Source: Octopus sinensis
Taxonomy: Eukaryota
Assembly (NCBI RefSeq): GCF_006345805.1
Contig: NC_043006.1
Coordinates: 104,532,001 to 104,596,000, forward strand
Direction: 5' to 3'
Length of the DNA stretch: 64,000 nucleotides
Numbering within the stretch: position 1 is the stretch's first letter; each line of letters starts with the position of its first letter. A program made the position numbers and the translations under genes. This document shows positions 22,251 through 35,495 of the stretch, piece after piece. The notes below the pieces were generated by a model. It saw nothing but the letters and a program-made list of their open reading frames with translations, made no database searches and was not told where the DNA came from.

Positions 22251-22401
22251 GCATTTTGCCCCCCTTGGAGTAAACAGTCGATTATTAGTGCCAACCTGAC
22301 CAGCTACAAAAGAGACCAACAAAATTCATTTTCTTCTTTCTCTCCCTTTTCTTCCTTTTCTTGTTTTTCTTTAACACTTCTTTCAGATACCAGCACACAC
22401 A

Positions 22402-22441
<40 letters not shown>

Positions 22442-22702
22442 CACGCACATGTTCTCTCTCACTTTCTCCTCATTCATCATTCTTGAACTATCTTATATCC
22501 CTCCCCACCACCACACACTCAATAACACTATAAAAAGAGTCAAAATTGCTACAAGAACTTAGTTAAATTGGACAATTCCACTAGAATGGATGAAAGCGCT
22601 ATTATATGATATATGACGTATAAAACCATGTAACATACAAATAAATATCTGTAAATATAAAACCATCCGAATTTCTGAGTACCTCATTTCTTCTAATATA
22701 TA

Positions 22703-22744
<42 letters not shown>

Positions 22745-22859
22745 TATATATATAGACATATACGTATAGGGTACTATGTCTGTTAAAAGCATATAAGGTA
22801 AGGGCCACGCAGAAAACTCTTAGCGTGGTGTTACGTAAATTATCCTGAAAATTAATATA

Positions 22860-22901
<42 letters not shown>

Positions 22902-23267
22902 CGTGCGCATGTGCTGAAGTGTATGCACATATATATCCCATTTATTTACAAAAACACAAATGCATTCACTACCAAACTGAGCAATATAAATATGAAATAG
23001 TGAAATACCCGGGTTTCTTGGAGTTTGAGCAGAGCATGTGAAATTTATTTGAGGCTTTTTAGCTCTGAGTGTGCTAAATACCTGCATGAGTTCAATTATA
23101 TGGTAAACATGTGTTGTACAACTTCTATATCCTTTGCTAATATTTGCAGTTAATGGCCATAGACATATTTATTCATGATTTTATATGAACACGATGATTG
23201 TGTACATGCATGTGTGTCTATGTGAGTGAGTGTAGATCATGTGCTACGAAATTATATGTATGTATAT

Positions 23268-23331
<64 letters not shown>

Positions 23332-23934
23332 ATATATATATATATATATAATGTATTATAATATAGCATATATATAATTTATTATTATAATGGTGTATGT
23401 ATGTGTATATATATATATATTATATATATATATATATATATACATGAATGTGTGTGTTTGTGAGTGTTTGTGCGCGCGTGTGTGTCTGTGTCTGTGTGTT
23501 CATCTGTTTGTCTATTATGCATTGGAGAAAAAAATGCACATTTTGATGTTATATATTGTTCAAATGACGAAGTGATTTCTGAAATATTCTCTACATCCAC
23601 TCTTCACAAATTGTTGATAACACACTACGAGCAGGTGAAATATTTTTACTTAACATCAAGATACAAATTGCATGATAATGCGTGGGCGATAGATTGCTTC
23701 AAATTACACTAATATTGACAAAGTTTTTTTCTGGGTATCATCTGGCTATATTGGTGATCGAAATGCTTTGTAATACCTTAAATGGAAGGAACCATAGACG
23801 GCTACCAAGAGAACAGTTATTTTAGTGACGTACATAATTATGTTGAAGGGCAACATGGTTTCATTCAAAAAGTTTTGGTGAAAGAAAGGCGTTTGAGTTA
23901 GTTAAAAATACTTTGAGAATGTCTCCTATGCAAA

Positions 23935-24170
23935 CATTAGCTCGTATTCCATTTCTACTCTCGGCACAAAGCCCGAAATTTTGAGTGAGGGACCAGTCGA
24001 TTAGATCGACCTTAGTATGCAGGTGGTACTTAATTTATAGACCCCGAAATGAAGAAAGGCAAAGAGGCAAAGTCGACCTCGGCGGAATTTGAACTCGGAA
24101 GGTAACGGCAGACGAAATACGACAACGCATTTCGCCCGGCGTGCTACCGCTTCTGCCAGCTCGCCGCCTT
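23935..24170 (-). mobile_element. SINE family B (ggcggcgagctggcagaa head)
   Basis: Reverse complement of the head plus ccgccgaggtcgactttgcc core. Confidence 0.85.
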
Positions 24171-24393
24171 CGAAGCCGTGCTCTGTTATATATCAAGCAA
24201 CGAAGAAAAAACACAACGGGAGATTTAGAAATTTTCAGAATCCGATAACTGGGCTTTACTTTAAAAAATCAACTCTAGGCGTCATATAGTAAATTTATAA
24301 TTAAGCAACCTACGGAAAAGGTTATTCTTTCAAGTTATTTTCGAGTATTAAAGCTCTTTGTAAATGTCTTCTTTTTTTATTAGAACGTTTAAT

Positions 24394-24819
24394 GGATCTT
24401 TTCGGTTTGAACGGCAGTTTTTAACATAATTTCTAGGTAACAAAAAATATTTTAAACTTCGTATACTGGTAGAATGTGTTTATAAAATATCTTTTTCGCT
24501 TGGCTTTATTGAGAAAATTCTATAGTTTGTAAGATATTTGTTGTTTTTATTTCTTCAATTTCTGCAATTTCAGCCAATCACTGATGTCTATTGAGGTAAA
24601 AAAACATTGTGCCGTATGAATGTGTCCCTCGTTTAAGAAACAGATTGGGTTTATTTATATTTGTGAAGAAAAATATACCCTTCCCCCCATCCCTAACCCT
24701 AACTAACCGTAACCCTAAAACAGATTGAAATGCAATAGATCGATAATAGGGTTATAATTGTGGGTGTCAATTTCATATGACACCGTTAGAAAAAACTGCC
24801 GTTCAAACCGAAAGTACCC
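24394..24819. mobile_element. MITE with about 26-bp TIRs and internal TAACCC repeats
   Basis: ggatcttttcggtttgaacggcagttttt at the left and aaaaaactgccgttcaaaccgaaag at the right. A truncated second copy is at about 56625-56795. Confidence 0.85.
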
Positions 24820-25204
24820 CGTTTAATAGATATCCAAGTATTGATGTTTTAGCTTCCATCAATATTTGTGTTTACTTCGCCAATGTATATATTTTATATA
24901 TATACATATATATATATATATATGTAAAAGACAGTATATTTTGCGCCTAAAATGAAGACTGACACGGCTGTGTGAACATGTTCAGTGTAACGTGTTGGTG
25001 TATCTAGGACAATAGAGCAGTGTCTGTTAGGAAAGGGCATGGGGGAGATGACAGAATCAAAGTGGGTATAGCATCGGTTGTCAAGCAATGTCGTCGGGGA
25101 CAAACACAGATACACAATCACACACACACACACACACGCACAGCCCCCCTCCCCCATATATAGGCAGGAATATTCATAGTATAGTATACTAACTAACTCC
25201 ATGT

Positions 25205-25230
25205 AGCACACTAACTTACTATACTATATA

Positions 25231-25302
<72 letters not shown>

Positions 25303-25310
25303 ATGTGTAT

Positions 25311-25350
<40 letters not shown>

Positions 25351-25688
25351 TGAGATGGAAATGACCGATACACACACACGCACCCACACACATTTATATG
25401 TGTATACACGGTGTCCATAAATAACTTTAGAAATTGAAAACTTCAATATAACTTTTAAAAGTTTCCAGAATTAATATATACATGATAATATAGTTTCTTA
25501 GGGGTACTTAATTAGGAAGGCCACTTACATAAAGGCCTTTATAAAAATGATAATATGATCAGGAGGGTGGAGCACTAGAGAAGCGAATAAATAGATCAAT
25601 TACTAAAATCAAGATAGAGTTAGATTAACTAGGCAGGAATAGTCATAGGATAGCATAACAAATCCATGGAACACACTGACTTACTATG

Positions 25689-25745
<57 letters not shown>

Positions 25746-25795
25746 TATATATTATATATATATGTGTGTATGTATATATGTATATACATATATAT

Positions 25796-25838
<43 letters not shown>

Positions 25839-25952
25839 CAGAGAAATTGAGATGGAAATGACAGATACACACATGCAAGCACACACGCACATATACATAC
25901 ATATATGTGTATACATGGTATCCATAAATAACTTTAGAAATTGAAAACTTCA
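25205..25952. repeat. Local direct duplication of a microsatellite-rich segment of about 250 bp
   Basis: gagaaattgagatggaaatgac..ccataaataactttagaaattgaaaacttcaa occurs at about 25343-25445 and 25840-25952. Confidence 0.85.
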
Positions 25953-26115
25953 AAGTAAAATGAAAAATAATGTTAACTCATCAGAATTTTCTGGAAAACG
26001 AGCAAAGAAAGAAAGATTTATTAGAATCATAAAAACACGTTCACGTGGTCTGTGTTCGTTGCACGCAACCAATGAAACAATGAACTAACTCTGAAAGTTG
26101 TATACACGCACACAC

Positions 26116-26182
<67 letters not shown>

Positions 26183-26216
26183 AAGAGAGAGAGAGGTAGA
26201 TAGATAGATAGATAGA

Positions 26217-26247
<31 letters not shown>

Positions 26248-27027
26248 TAATGCTTATATATATATAATGTGTATATGTGCGTTTCTGTGTGTGTGCGTAT
26301 GCGTGCGTGTGCTTTTGTGTGTGTGTGTATGTGTGTGTGTGTGTGTGTGTGCGAGAGAGTTTGTATGTGTATTATTGCAGAATTAAGCAGAAGAGCAGAT
26401 ATACAAAGTTACAGATATACAGACATAGCAGAGAAGAATAGTAATTTGAAAAACGTCGTTAATTAAACGGAAGTAATGTTTTCGTTTAGTGTTATCGATT
26501 TTTCTGCAAATTATTTTCATTCACCTCTCAATCATCGACCTTCTCCACAACGCAAAATTAAAGTACTAAACACTTATATTTTGACATATCAGTTCCAACA
26601 TCTCACTCTTTAAACACTATCTTCCTATGACTAATAAACAAAAAACAAAAGAAAAGTATTTAAAAACAAACTAGAACAAAGACCAGAAAATCAACAGAAA
26701 AATAAATAAGTTAGTATAAAGCGCGTTAAGAGAAAAATATTCTCACTAACTATTCTTAGAATTATAAAATTGTATCTTGATAGCCTCTCATTAGCGCAAT
26801 CTTTTCCTCACTTCCGTTCAAGCAGTGTTCTGAAACACTTCACGTCGCAACCCACTCTCCAAAAGACGGGGGGTGGGGACGTTATATTTCAGGTGATGAA
26901 ATCTCAACACCAAATATAATGCACGCATTACGTCAGTTCTTCTGCTTTATTTTTATTTTGTCTTTCTTAGAAGCAAAATGAAAGGATAGCAAAAATTTTC
27001 GTATTCACTTCATCAACTTCATCAACA

Positions 27028-27088
<61 letters not shown>

Positions 27089-27106
27089 CATTATTATTAT
27101 TATTAC

Positions 27107-27140
<34 letters not shown>

Positions 27141-27143
<3 letters not shown>

Positions 27144-27745
27144 TAGTTTTATTTTTATAGCGTGCTTTCACTTCACTACCGAGCGCAGCTCTGTGTGCCT
27201 TGGATATGTGCTGTGATTTGTTGTGATGCTCTGATGGTTACTGTATTGAAAGTGTTTTGCGTAGGATGTGTGCAGTGCCTAGTAGTGCAATTTTCTGTGT
27301 GTTATATGTGTTTGTAAATCCTGGTGTTTTTGTTATGTATTTGTCTGAATATTTTTTTATCATGCCTAATGCACCTACTATGATAGGAATTGTTTCTATT
27401 TTTAGATTCCACATTCTGGTTACCTCTATTTCCAGGGTTTTTTTTTTTTTGAAAGTTTCTCCATTTCTTTTAGAGACACATTGTCATCCGCCGATATTGA
27501 TACATCAATTAGAAAGCAGTTTTTTCTTCATGATCTCTGACAACTATATCTGGCCTTAATTTCTCTATCTGTGTGTATTGGCATATCTCAGAGTATGGTT
27601 GCTTTCTCGTTTTCTGTGACCTTTTCTGGTGTGTGCCTATACCATCTTTTTTCTGTTGTTATTCCATAATGTTGGCATAGCTTCCAGTGTATGAAGGTCC
27701 CAAATCTGTCGTGTCTGTGAATATATTCCTTCTTAGCCACGACTA
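27141..27745 (-). mobile_element. R4/Dong-clade retrotransposon 3' portion inside (ATT)n
   Basis: AKKEYIHRHDRFGTFIHWKLCQHYG..ENEKATIL*DMPIHTDREIKA..TIPIIVGALG..KIALLGTAHILRKTLS; (ATT)n on both flanks. Confidence 0.9.
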
Positions 27746-27774
27746 TCATTATAATTATAATAATAATAATAATA

Positions 27775-27821
<47 letters not shown>

Positions 27822-27998
27822 AATTATGATGGCTTAGCTAAGGTTAGGTCTTATTCCTGGTAGAAATCATATGGATAGCAGGTTACTGCCTGTATCCACA
27901 AGTGTTCTGCTGTCTTTTAAATTTTCTGTAGGAGCTCTAACGGACATTCTATTTCAATCTCCTTAGCGTTTCCTACCTTTGAATTTAATTTAATCTTA

Positions 27999-28045
<47 letters not shown>

Positions 28046-28065
28046 TATTATTATTATTATTACTA

Positions 28066-28565
28066 TTGAGTGAGAGAGCAGTTCATGCCATCAAAGTTAC
28101 ACTGGGGTAAAATATACGAAGCCCAATATACCCATCATGACTACCCGTCTGATAAGGGTACACAAGGCACATGCATCACAACCATATGTGCGCGACATGG
28201 TGATCTCATATCAAGATAAACAGCGCATGACCTTGCAAGTAGGGCCCAGTTAAAAATTTCTTCTGGTCGAGTAGCCCATCCCGTTCAAAAGGTCCCTGAA
28301 TAAGGGTTGTTTAACGGTGCTGAACGAACCACTCATATTTCCAAATGTGAATTATCCAAACCTCTAATAATTTCTTTCAACGCACGGATATGATGTTCCA
28401 CCACTACTTCTGCTCGTGGTCAGAGATGCACATATCGTCAGCCACACAGGGACATGGGCAACTGGTTACGGTCAAACAATTGACAAGAGAATCTGTGGTA
28501 TTGAGCAGAATATTTGCTGTAGCCCATCTTTTATGCCAAGACAAAACAATGTACATGATAACACT
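28066..28565 (-). mobile_element. Second copy of the 18130-18602 repeat
   Basis: Collinear reverse-complement homology; (ATT)n on both sides. Confidence 0.75.
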
Positions 28566-28566
28566 T

Positions 28567-28645
<79 letters not shown>

Positions 28646-28842
28646 TTATTATTATTATTATCATTATTATTATTATCACCATTATTGTTATTGTAAGTTA
28701 TTATTATTATTATTATCATTATTAATATTATTATTATCATTATTATAATAATAATAATAATTATTATTATTATTATCAATATTATAATTATTAAGACGTC
28801 GCACAGTATCCAATATCGTGATGTTGATTAAAGATATTGTGT

Positions 28843-29175
28843 CTACCGGGGGTTTATACTGCCTGTCAAGTCACAGCAAGGGCCTAAAATACACAGTAAT
28901 TTACCAAATATGCGTACTGTTCTAAGTAATGCCGATTGTTCCAATACATCTAAATTGCAGGATATTTCAAAAGTTTCCAGATGTTTCTTCAGATTGGGCG
29001 GTAGTGAACCCAATGCTGCAATGACAATGGCGACAACCATTTTTTTTATTTGACTCTCGTAGCTGCCACATCTTGGCTATCTCAATTCTCAGGTCTCCAT
29101 ATTTATCGATCTTTTCTCTTTCTTTCATGAAAATACTTTGACCTTCTGGCATTGCCACGTCGATTATTAGGCAAT
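28843..29175 (-). mobile_element. R4/Dong-clade RLE C-terminal remnant
   Basis: IIDVAMPEGQSIFMKEREKIDKYGDLRIEIAKMWQL (frameshift) VAIVIAALGSLPPNLKKHL..EQSALLRTVRIFGKLL. Confidence 0.85.
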
Positions 29176-29314
29176 CTTGAGTGTGTATAGATAATTTGTT
29201 ATAAAATTATACGTATATATATATTATATATATATATAGTTAATCCAAACAAGAAAACAGAAAAAAGACACAGCAACGCGAGGACGTGGAACAATTAAAA
29301 AAAAAAAAATATAT

Positions 29315-29350
<36 letters not shown>

Positions 29351-29438
29351 AACTTATATATATGTACATATATATATATAATAGAAATATTAAAATTACT
29401 AAGTCTCTCTAAAAGAGATTACGGCAGCGTTACTGGAA

Positions 29439-29747
29439 ATTAATTGTTATCGCCATATTAATATGGCAGTCTTATAGATATAAGACTAAAGCTGTCGCTG
29501 ATTAGCTACATGAGGCCATCGCCTTAAACTAGCTATTTCACACACAAACTGTGTCCATTATACCCTGAAACGCGTCTGTAGCTGTCTGACTGGCAGTGTG
29601 AAGCAGCTGACCTCCCTTGTTCGAAGGTTATAATGGACACAGTTTGTGTGTCAAATAGCTAGCTTAAGGCGATGGCCTCATGGAGCTAATCAGCGACAGC
29701 TTTAGTCTTATATCTATAAGACTGCCATATTAATATGGCGATAACAA

Positions 29748-29752
<5 letters not shown>
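29439..29752. repeat. Near-perfect inverted repeat, 124-bp arms, 66-bp loop
   Basis: 29439-29562 is the reverse complement of 29629-29752 with a few mismatches. Confidence 0.92.
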
Positions 29753-29795
<43 letters not shown>

Positions 29796-29902
29796 ATATC
29801 TATATATATATATATATATGTATGTATACACACACACACACACACGCATATATATATATACATATATATACATGATATTTTGAGCCCTCATGTGAAACCT
29901 AG

Positions 29903-30026
29903 TGCACGTACCTGGAAGGCGATCTGATGATGATACTGAAGAGGAGAAAAATGATGATGATGAAAGAGATGACGTTTCTTTCATGGATTTCTCGTACACG
30001 CCACGGTATGACTACATGTTCGCGAG
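29903..30026 (+). CDS. Coding exon of an unidentified gene (exon A; acidic)
   Basis: ctag| ... |gtaacg. Frame HVPGRRSDDDTEEEKNDDDERDDVSFMDFSYTPRYDYMFAR, phase 1 to phase 2. The acceptor is weak, so the 5' boundary is uncertain. Confidence 0.6.
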
Positions 30027-30262
30027 GTAACGTGCTTTTTGAATAGAATTTCATTTAGAACCCAAAGATCCGGAGCAAATGCCACAAAGTATACGGTCCG
30101 ACGTTAAACCTATCTCCCTTGCTTCGTCATCGAGGATGGATTTGTGTTTTATTTAACCGATACCAAATGAATAAACGGTAAAGTTCACTTCGCCAACATT
30201 CGAAATAAGAAATCAGTGAGTCAGTTCAAATACTGCGAGTCGTCTAAACCGGCACCTTAATA

Positions 30263-30504
30263 CAGTGGTTCTCAACCGGATTAAATATGGTTCATATAAT
30301 ATTTTGTTGTTAAAATTCATGTGCAATAAATTTATTATAATTCTACTATAAACAACAGATCTTAAATTTTTATATACTTCTTAATATTTAATTATAAAAA
30401 TCTTATAGTATCTTTTTAAGAATTGAATGATTATGAGAGTTCATTCGAGTGGAATAAGAATTGAAGCCAAAATCCATAAGCCAAAAAATGGTTGAGAACT
30501 ACAA
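30263..30504. mobile_element. hAT-type MITE
   Basis: Ends cagtggttctcaacc and ggttgagaactac. Confidence 0.65.
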
Positions 30505-31030
30505 ATCCACGTATTCTCAATTCGTGTAGCAATGGCTGTAACAATCCCGTCTGTATTCCAATTGTTAGCGAGTCCCGGATTGCATTTTTCAAAGGGTCTT
30601 CACTTTTCGGAACAAGAATCTGAGGTTTGATTGACTGCGACTTCTACCACGCACAGTAGACGGTTGCTGGGGTACTTCACGTGTCTAAGAGCCCATTTAC
30701 ATTCTATGTATGTTGGGGCTTGCTGTCAATATATAAATAGTAATGGGCCCATTGCATTGATTTTCTTTGGGCCCTATAATCCTTTTTAGACAGCCGTCTC
30801 TCTACTTCTCTCTCTTTCTCTTTCTATTTCTCTCTTCTTCCTTCTCTTGTTTGTTCATTTGGAAGCTATATAATGCAAGAGGTGAAATATATCAAAATAT
30901 AAATAAACCTCAGCAATTGAAACATATACAACCGGTGACGTCTTGAAATATTTAAGAGCAACATTAGAAAAGATACTATTAACAGAAAAGCAATTAGATC
31001 CGCGCAAGAAGTGGCAGCATAAATATAATA

Positions 31031-31094
<64 letters not shown>

Positions 31095-31239
31095 TGTAGT
31101 ATCTGTGGGAAAAACCAACAAAAAAGTACATATCAAGTAGAAATGTGGCTGGTTTGGTAACGAAGAAAATACAAACAACACTTACCCACAAAATCAATGA
31201 CAAGTCACTGATGAACTGAGAAGAGAAAAATGAAGATAT

Positions 31240-31367
31240 TAAAAACATCATCATCATCACCATCATCATCACCACATCATCATAATAATCATCATAACCA
31301 TCATCATCATCATCATCATCGTCATCAATTCATCGTTGTCGGCATCATCATCTTCATCATCATCATC

Positions 31368-31402
<35 letters not shown>

Positions 31403-31667
31403 CTACAACCGCCACCATTATTGTTACTATCATCACCTCCATAACCGACACCATCAGCACCAGTAATACCACGATCACAAGCATCATCATCATCATCATC
31501 ATCAAAAGCAGTACCAACAAATAAAGCAATATGATGAACATGATGATAATGAGGAGAAAGAATATAACAGTAGTAGTAGTAGTAGTTGTAGTAGCAGCAG
31601 CAGTAGTAGTAGAAGTAGTAGTAGTAGCAGAAGTAGTAGTAGTAGCAGCAGCAGCAGCAGCAGTAGC

Positions 31668-31713
<46 letters not shown>

Positions 31714-31820
31714 TAGTAGAAACAACAGCAAAAACAATAATGATAATAATAACAATGGTGATGACGATGATGATGATGATGATGACGATGACGACGATGA
31801 CGACGCTGATGATGATAATA
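31240..31820. repeat. Compound microsatellite (CAT, TAG, CAG, GAT)
   Basis: Directly visible. Confidence 0.95.
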
Positions 31821-32195
31821 AAGGCCAAAATTTTTGCAACCGAAGTCAGACATCGAAACTATATATTTGTCTGGTAATCATCGTCAGTTAGTGTTAGCAT
31901 CGATGGCGAATCAATAGACACAGCCAGACAATAGATGCTTGTGGTATCTAAAGCAACAAAACAAAAACAATAAAGTATATAAACAAAATAAAATATCCCC
32001 CCTCCACTTTAGAAAGAAAAGGAAGAAAGAAAGAAAGTAAAAAGAAGACAAGAGAAGAGAGAGACGCCGAGGGAAAGAGGGACGAAAGCTTTTGAGAAAT
32101 TACATGATTTAGAAGAATATAAAGAATTACAATAATAATAAAACAGCAGCATACATTACAAGGCAGCGTAATATAATATGACATAACGGAATATA

Positions 32196-32242
<47 letters not shown>

Positions 32243-32354
32243 ACATATATATATATATATATATAAATTGATGTATGCATATATATATATATATATATAT
32301 TTAATATATATATACATGAATTGATATATATATACATATTTATAATATATATAT

Positions 32355-32394
<40 letters not shown>

Positions 32395-32537
32395 ATACAT
32401 TTATGTGTGTGTGTGTGTGCGTGCTATAAGATTATGGTATACACACATATATATGTATGTGTGAGTATATATATGTGTGCGTGTATAGACATATATAATA
32501 TTATATATATATATATGTAGTATGTATACATACATAT

Positions 32538-32597
<60 letters not shown>

Positions 32598-32599
<2 letters not shown>

Positions 32600-32980
32600 T
32601 ATCTATACATGTGTGTATGTATACATATATATATGAATATAGTATATATTACGTTCATACTTATATATGAATATATATTAATGTAATATATTACATTCAC
32701 ACATATATATGTATATATATGAATATAATATATATTTACATTCATTGATGTGTGTATATGTGTGTGCATGTATGCATGTATGTGTGTATGTGTTTAACGC
32801 ATACGTCTGCCTGTGTAGGCATAGATGTGCATCTGTGTATCTAACGGCATCTGTGTGGAAAGAGGGGGAAAAGAAAATATTGTAGGCAAACTAGGAGATA
32901 TATAGACGGAGATTGGTATATCTGTAAGTATCTGTGTAAGATTATACACACACACACACAAACACACATACCACACCACA

Positions 32981-33036
<56 letters not shown>

Positions 33037-33059
33037 ATGCATATACATACCTATATATT

Positions 33060-33095
<36 letters not shown>

Positions 33096-33491
33096 ATATA
33101 TATATAGATATCTATACATGTGTGTATGTATACATATATATATGAATATAGTATATATTACGTTCATACTTATATAGAATATATAATGTAATATATTACA
33201 TTCACACATATATTGTATATATATGAATATAATATATATTTACATTCATTGATGTGTGTATATGTGTGTGCATGTATGCATGTATGTGCGTATGTGTTTA
33301 ACGCATACGTCTGCCTGTGTAGGCATAGATGTGCATCTGTGTATCTAACGGCATCTGTTGTGAAAGAGGGAAAGAAAATATTAGGCAAACTAGGAAGATA
33401 TATAGACGGAGATTGGTATATCTGTAAGTATCTGTGTAAGATTATACACACACACACAAACACACACATACACACACACACCACAACACAC

Positions 33492-33542
<51 letters not shown>

Positions 33543-33570
33543 TGCATATACATACATATATATTTATTAT
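32598..33570. repeat. Tandem duplication, period about 509 bp
   Basis: gatatctatacatgtgtg..gcatacgtctgcctgtgtaggcatagatgtgc..gacggagattggtatatc occurs twice. Confidence 0.9.
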
Positions 33571-33577
33571 ATATATA

Positions 33578-33619
<42 letters not shown>

Positions 33620-34244
33620 TATTTGTATGTGTAGATATATGTCTGTATGTATGTATGTATTATGTATGTATCTATGCATGTATGTATGTACAAATATACA
33701 TATATACATATGTACTTGTTTTCTGGTGTCTGTATAATTGTGCGTCTATGCAAATATAAGTGTTTGCATATTCTACATTGTATACACAGACACACACAAC
33801 CCTATATATATATATTAATCTGATTGTGCATATATTCCTGTATGTATGTATGTGTGTATGTACGTATATGTCTGCTTTAACTACTTGGCTTTGCCCAGGT
33901 TTTTAAACAACCATCCGTAGATTTATTAAAGGAAGTCGTTTTACTTGAAGAAAAACAGATTTCATTTCGGTTTGTAAGCTGGATTTAGATATCATTTATA
34001 CTTGTTTCAATCCCAGTCATTTTATTTACATTCCACTCTCTTGTAGCAGTTTTCGCGTTGTTCTGGTTTGTGTCGTATTCGTTCGTATTTTCAGACTAAA
34101 TTCACTTCTATTTTTATATGATTCTCTCCTCTGATAAATACAAAGTTATTGCTAGCCTAGAACCCTGCTAGAAAACCGGATCTATCCAGCTAGTCAGAAA
34201 CCCAACATTTTTACTGCCTTCATGTTGTAGTCTCGTGCATATCG

Positions 34245-34735
34245 GAAGCGTGGTTCTGTGATTGGCTTCTCGACTACATAGTTCCGCGTTCAGTCCCACT
34301 GCGTGGTATCTTGGGCAAGTATTTTCTGCTATAGCTTCGAATCAACCAAACCCCTGTGTATGGATTTGGTAGACGGAAACGGAAAGTAGCTCCTTATGTA
34401 TGTATGTATGCATGTATGTATGTATGTATGTATGTATGTATGTATGTATGTATGTATGTATGTATGGGGAAGGAGATTTTGTGTGTATGGTTATGTATGC
34501 ATCTGTCTGTCTGTGTCTACGTCTATGTTTGCATTCCACACCACACGGCAACCTGTATTGGTGTGTTTATGTGCCTGTAACCTAGTAGTTCGGCAAAGGT
34601 AACCGATATAATAAGTGCGAGTCTTAATTTTTTTTTAAATCCTGGGCTGATTTTTTCCACTAAAACTCTTCAAGTCGGTGCCCCAGCTGTGCCTGAAGGC
34701 TAATGACTGAAAAAGCAAAATAATTAAAGACAAAA
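34245..34735 (+). mobile_element. Diverged SINE family A
   Basis: cagtcccactgcgtgg..ttgggcaag..ggatttggtagacggaaac..ggtgccccagc. Confidence 0.75.
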
Positions 34736-35261
34736 AAATATCATTGTTCGTATTAATTTTTGATTTTAGTTAGCAATATTATAAAGCGACTGACAGAATC
34801 ACTGGAGCATTGGATACATAGCTTTACGATAATAGTTCCAGCTCACTACTCCCAGAGCTCGAATCTCAGACGGTTCAGTTTACATTATATCCTCCCGTTG
34901 TTGATGAATGTCGTACAAGTGGCTTGTGCATGGACACAAAGCTCCAAGAATTGAACTCGAGACTTGATCACGTGTTACAGGCCTTCATTAAGAAATGAGC
35001 ATTGGCATGCATTTGCATGTCATATTTCCACCCTATCCCCGTGTTTCCATATGATCTGCATATTGCCTCTAAGTCTTCTAGAACACATGTATCAACTCTT
35101 TTCTCTTTTTCCTTTTTGATTGATTATCACCAAATTTTCTTGAGAAATATTTAAGAAAATTTGATGTACTTCACCGAAAACATACTTCCACATATCTGTA
35201 ATATCTGTTTGACTGTCACCGGAAGTATCTACGACTATTGGGTTGCATTCTTCCAACATAG

Positions 35262-35302
35262 AAAGAGGCCATCAAATGAGACGGAAGACGGAGAGGAAAA
35301 TG
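35262..35302 (+). CDS. Coding exon B of the unidentified gene (41 nt)
   Basis: ttcttccaacatag| ... ATG|gtaagt (strong donor). Phase 2 to phase 1, (R)KRPSNETEDGEEN(G), in frame with exon A. Confidence 0.6.
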
Positions 35303-35464
35303 GTAAGTGGTCCTCGCTGTTCTCGTTGTCGTCATCGTAGAAGTAGCAGTAGCAGTAGTAGCAGCATCAGTAGTAGTAGTAGTAGTATTAGGTGATGCTG
35401 CTGATAATGATGGCTTTGGCCATTGAAGTTGTTGGTGATGGTGGCGTTGGATATGGTGGTAACA

Positions 35465-35495
<31 letters not shown>

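Noticed and set aside
24690-24720. TAACCC telomere-like repeats
   Set aside because: Three degenerate units inside a TIR-bounded MITE; not an interstitial telomere.
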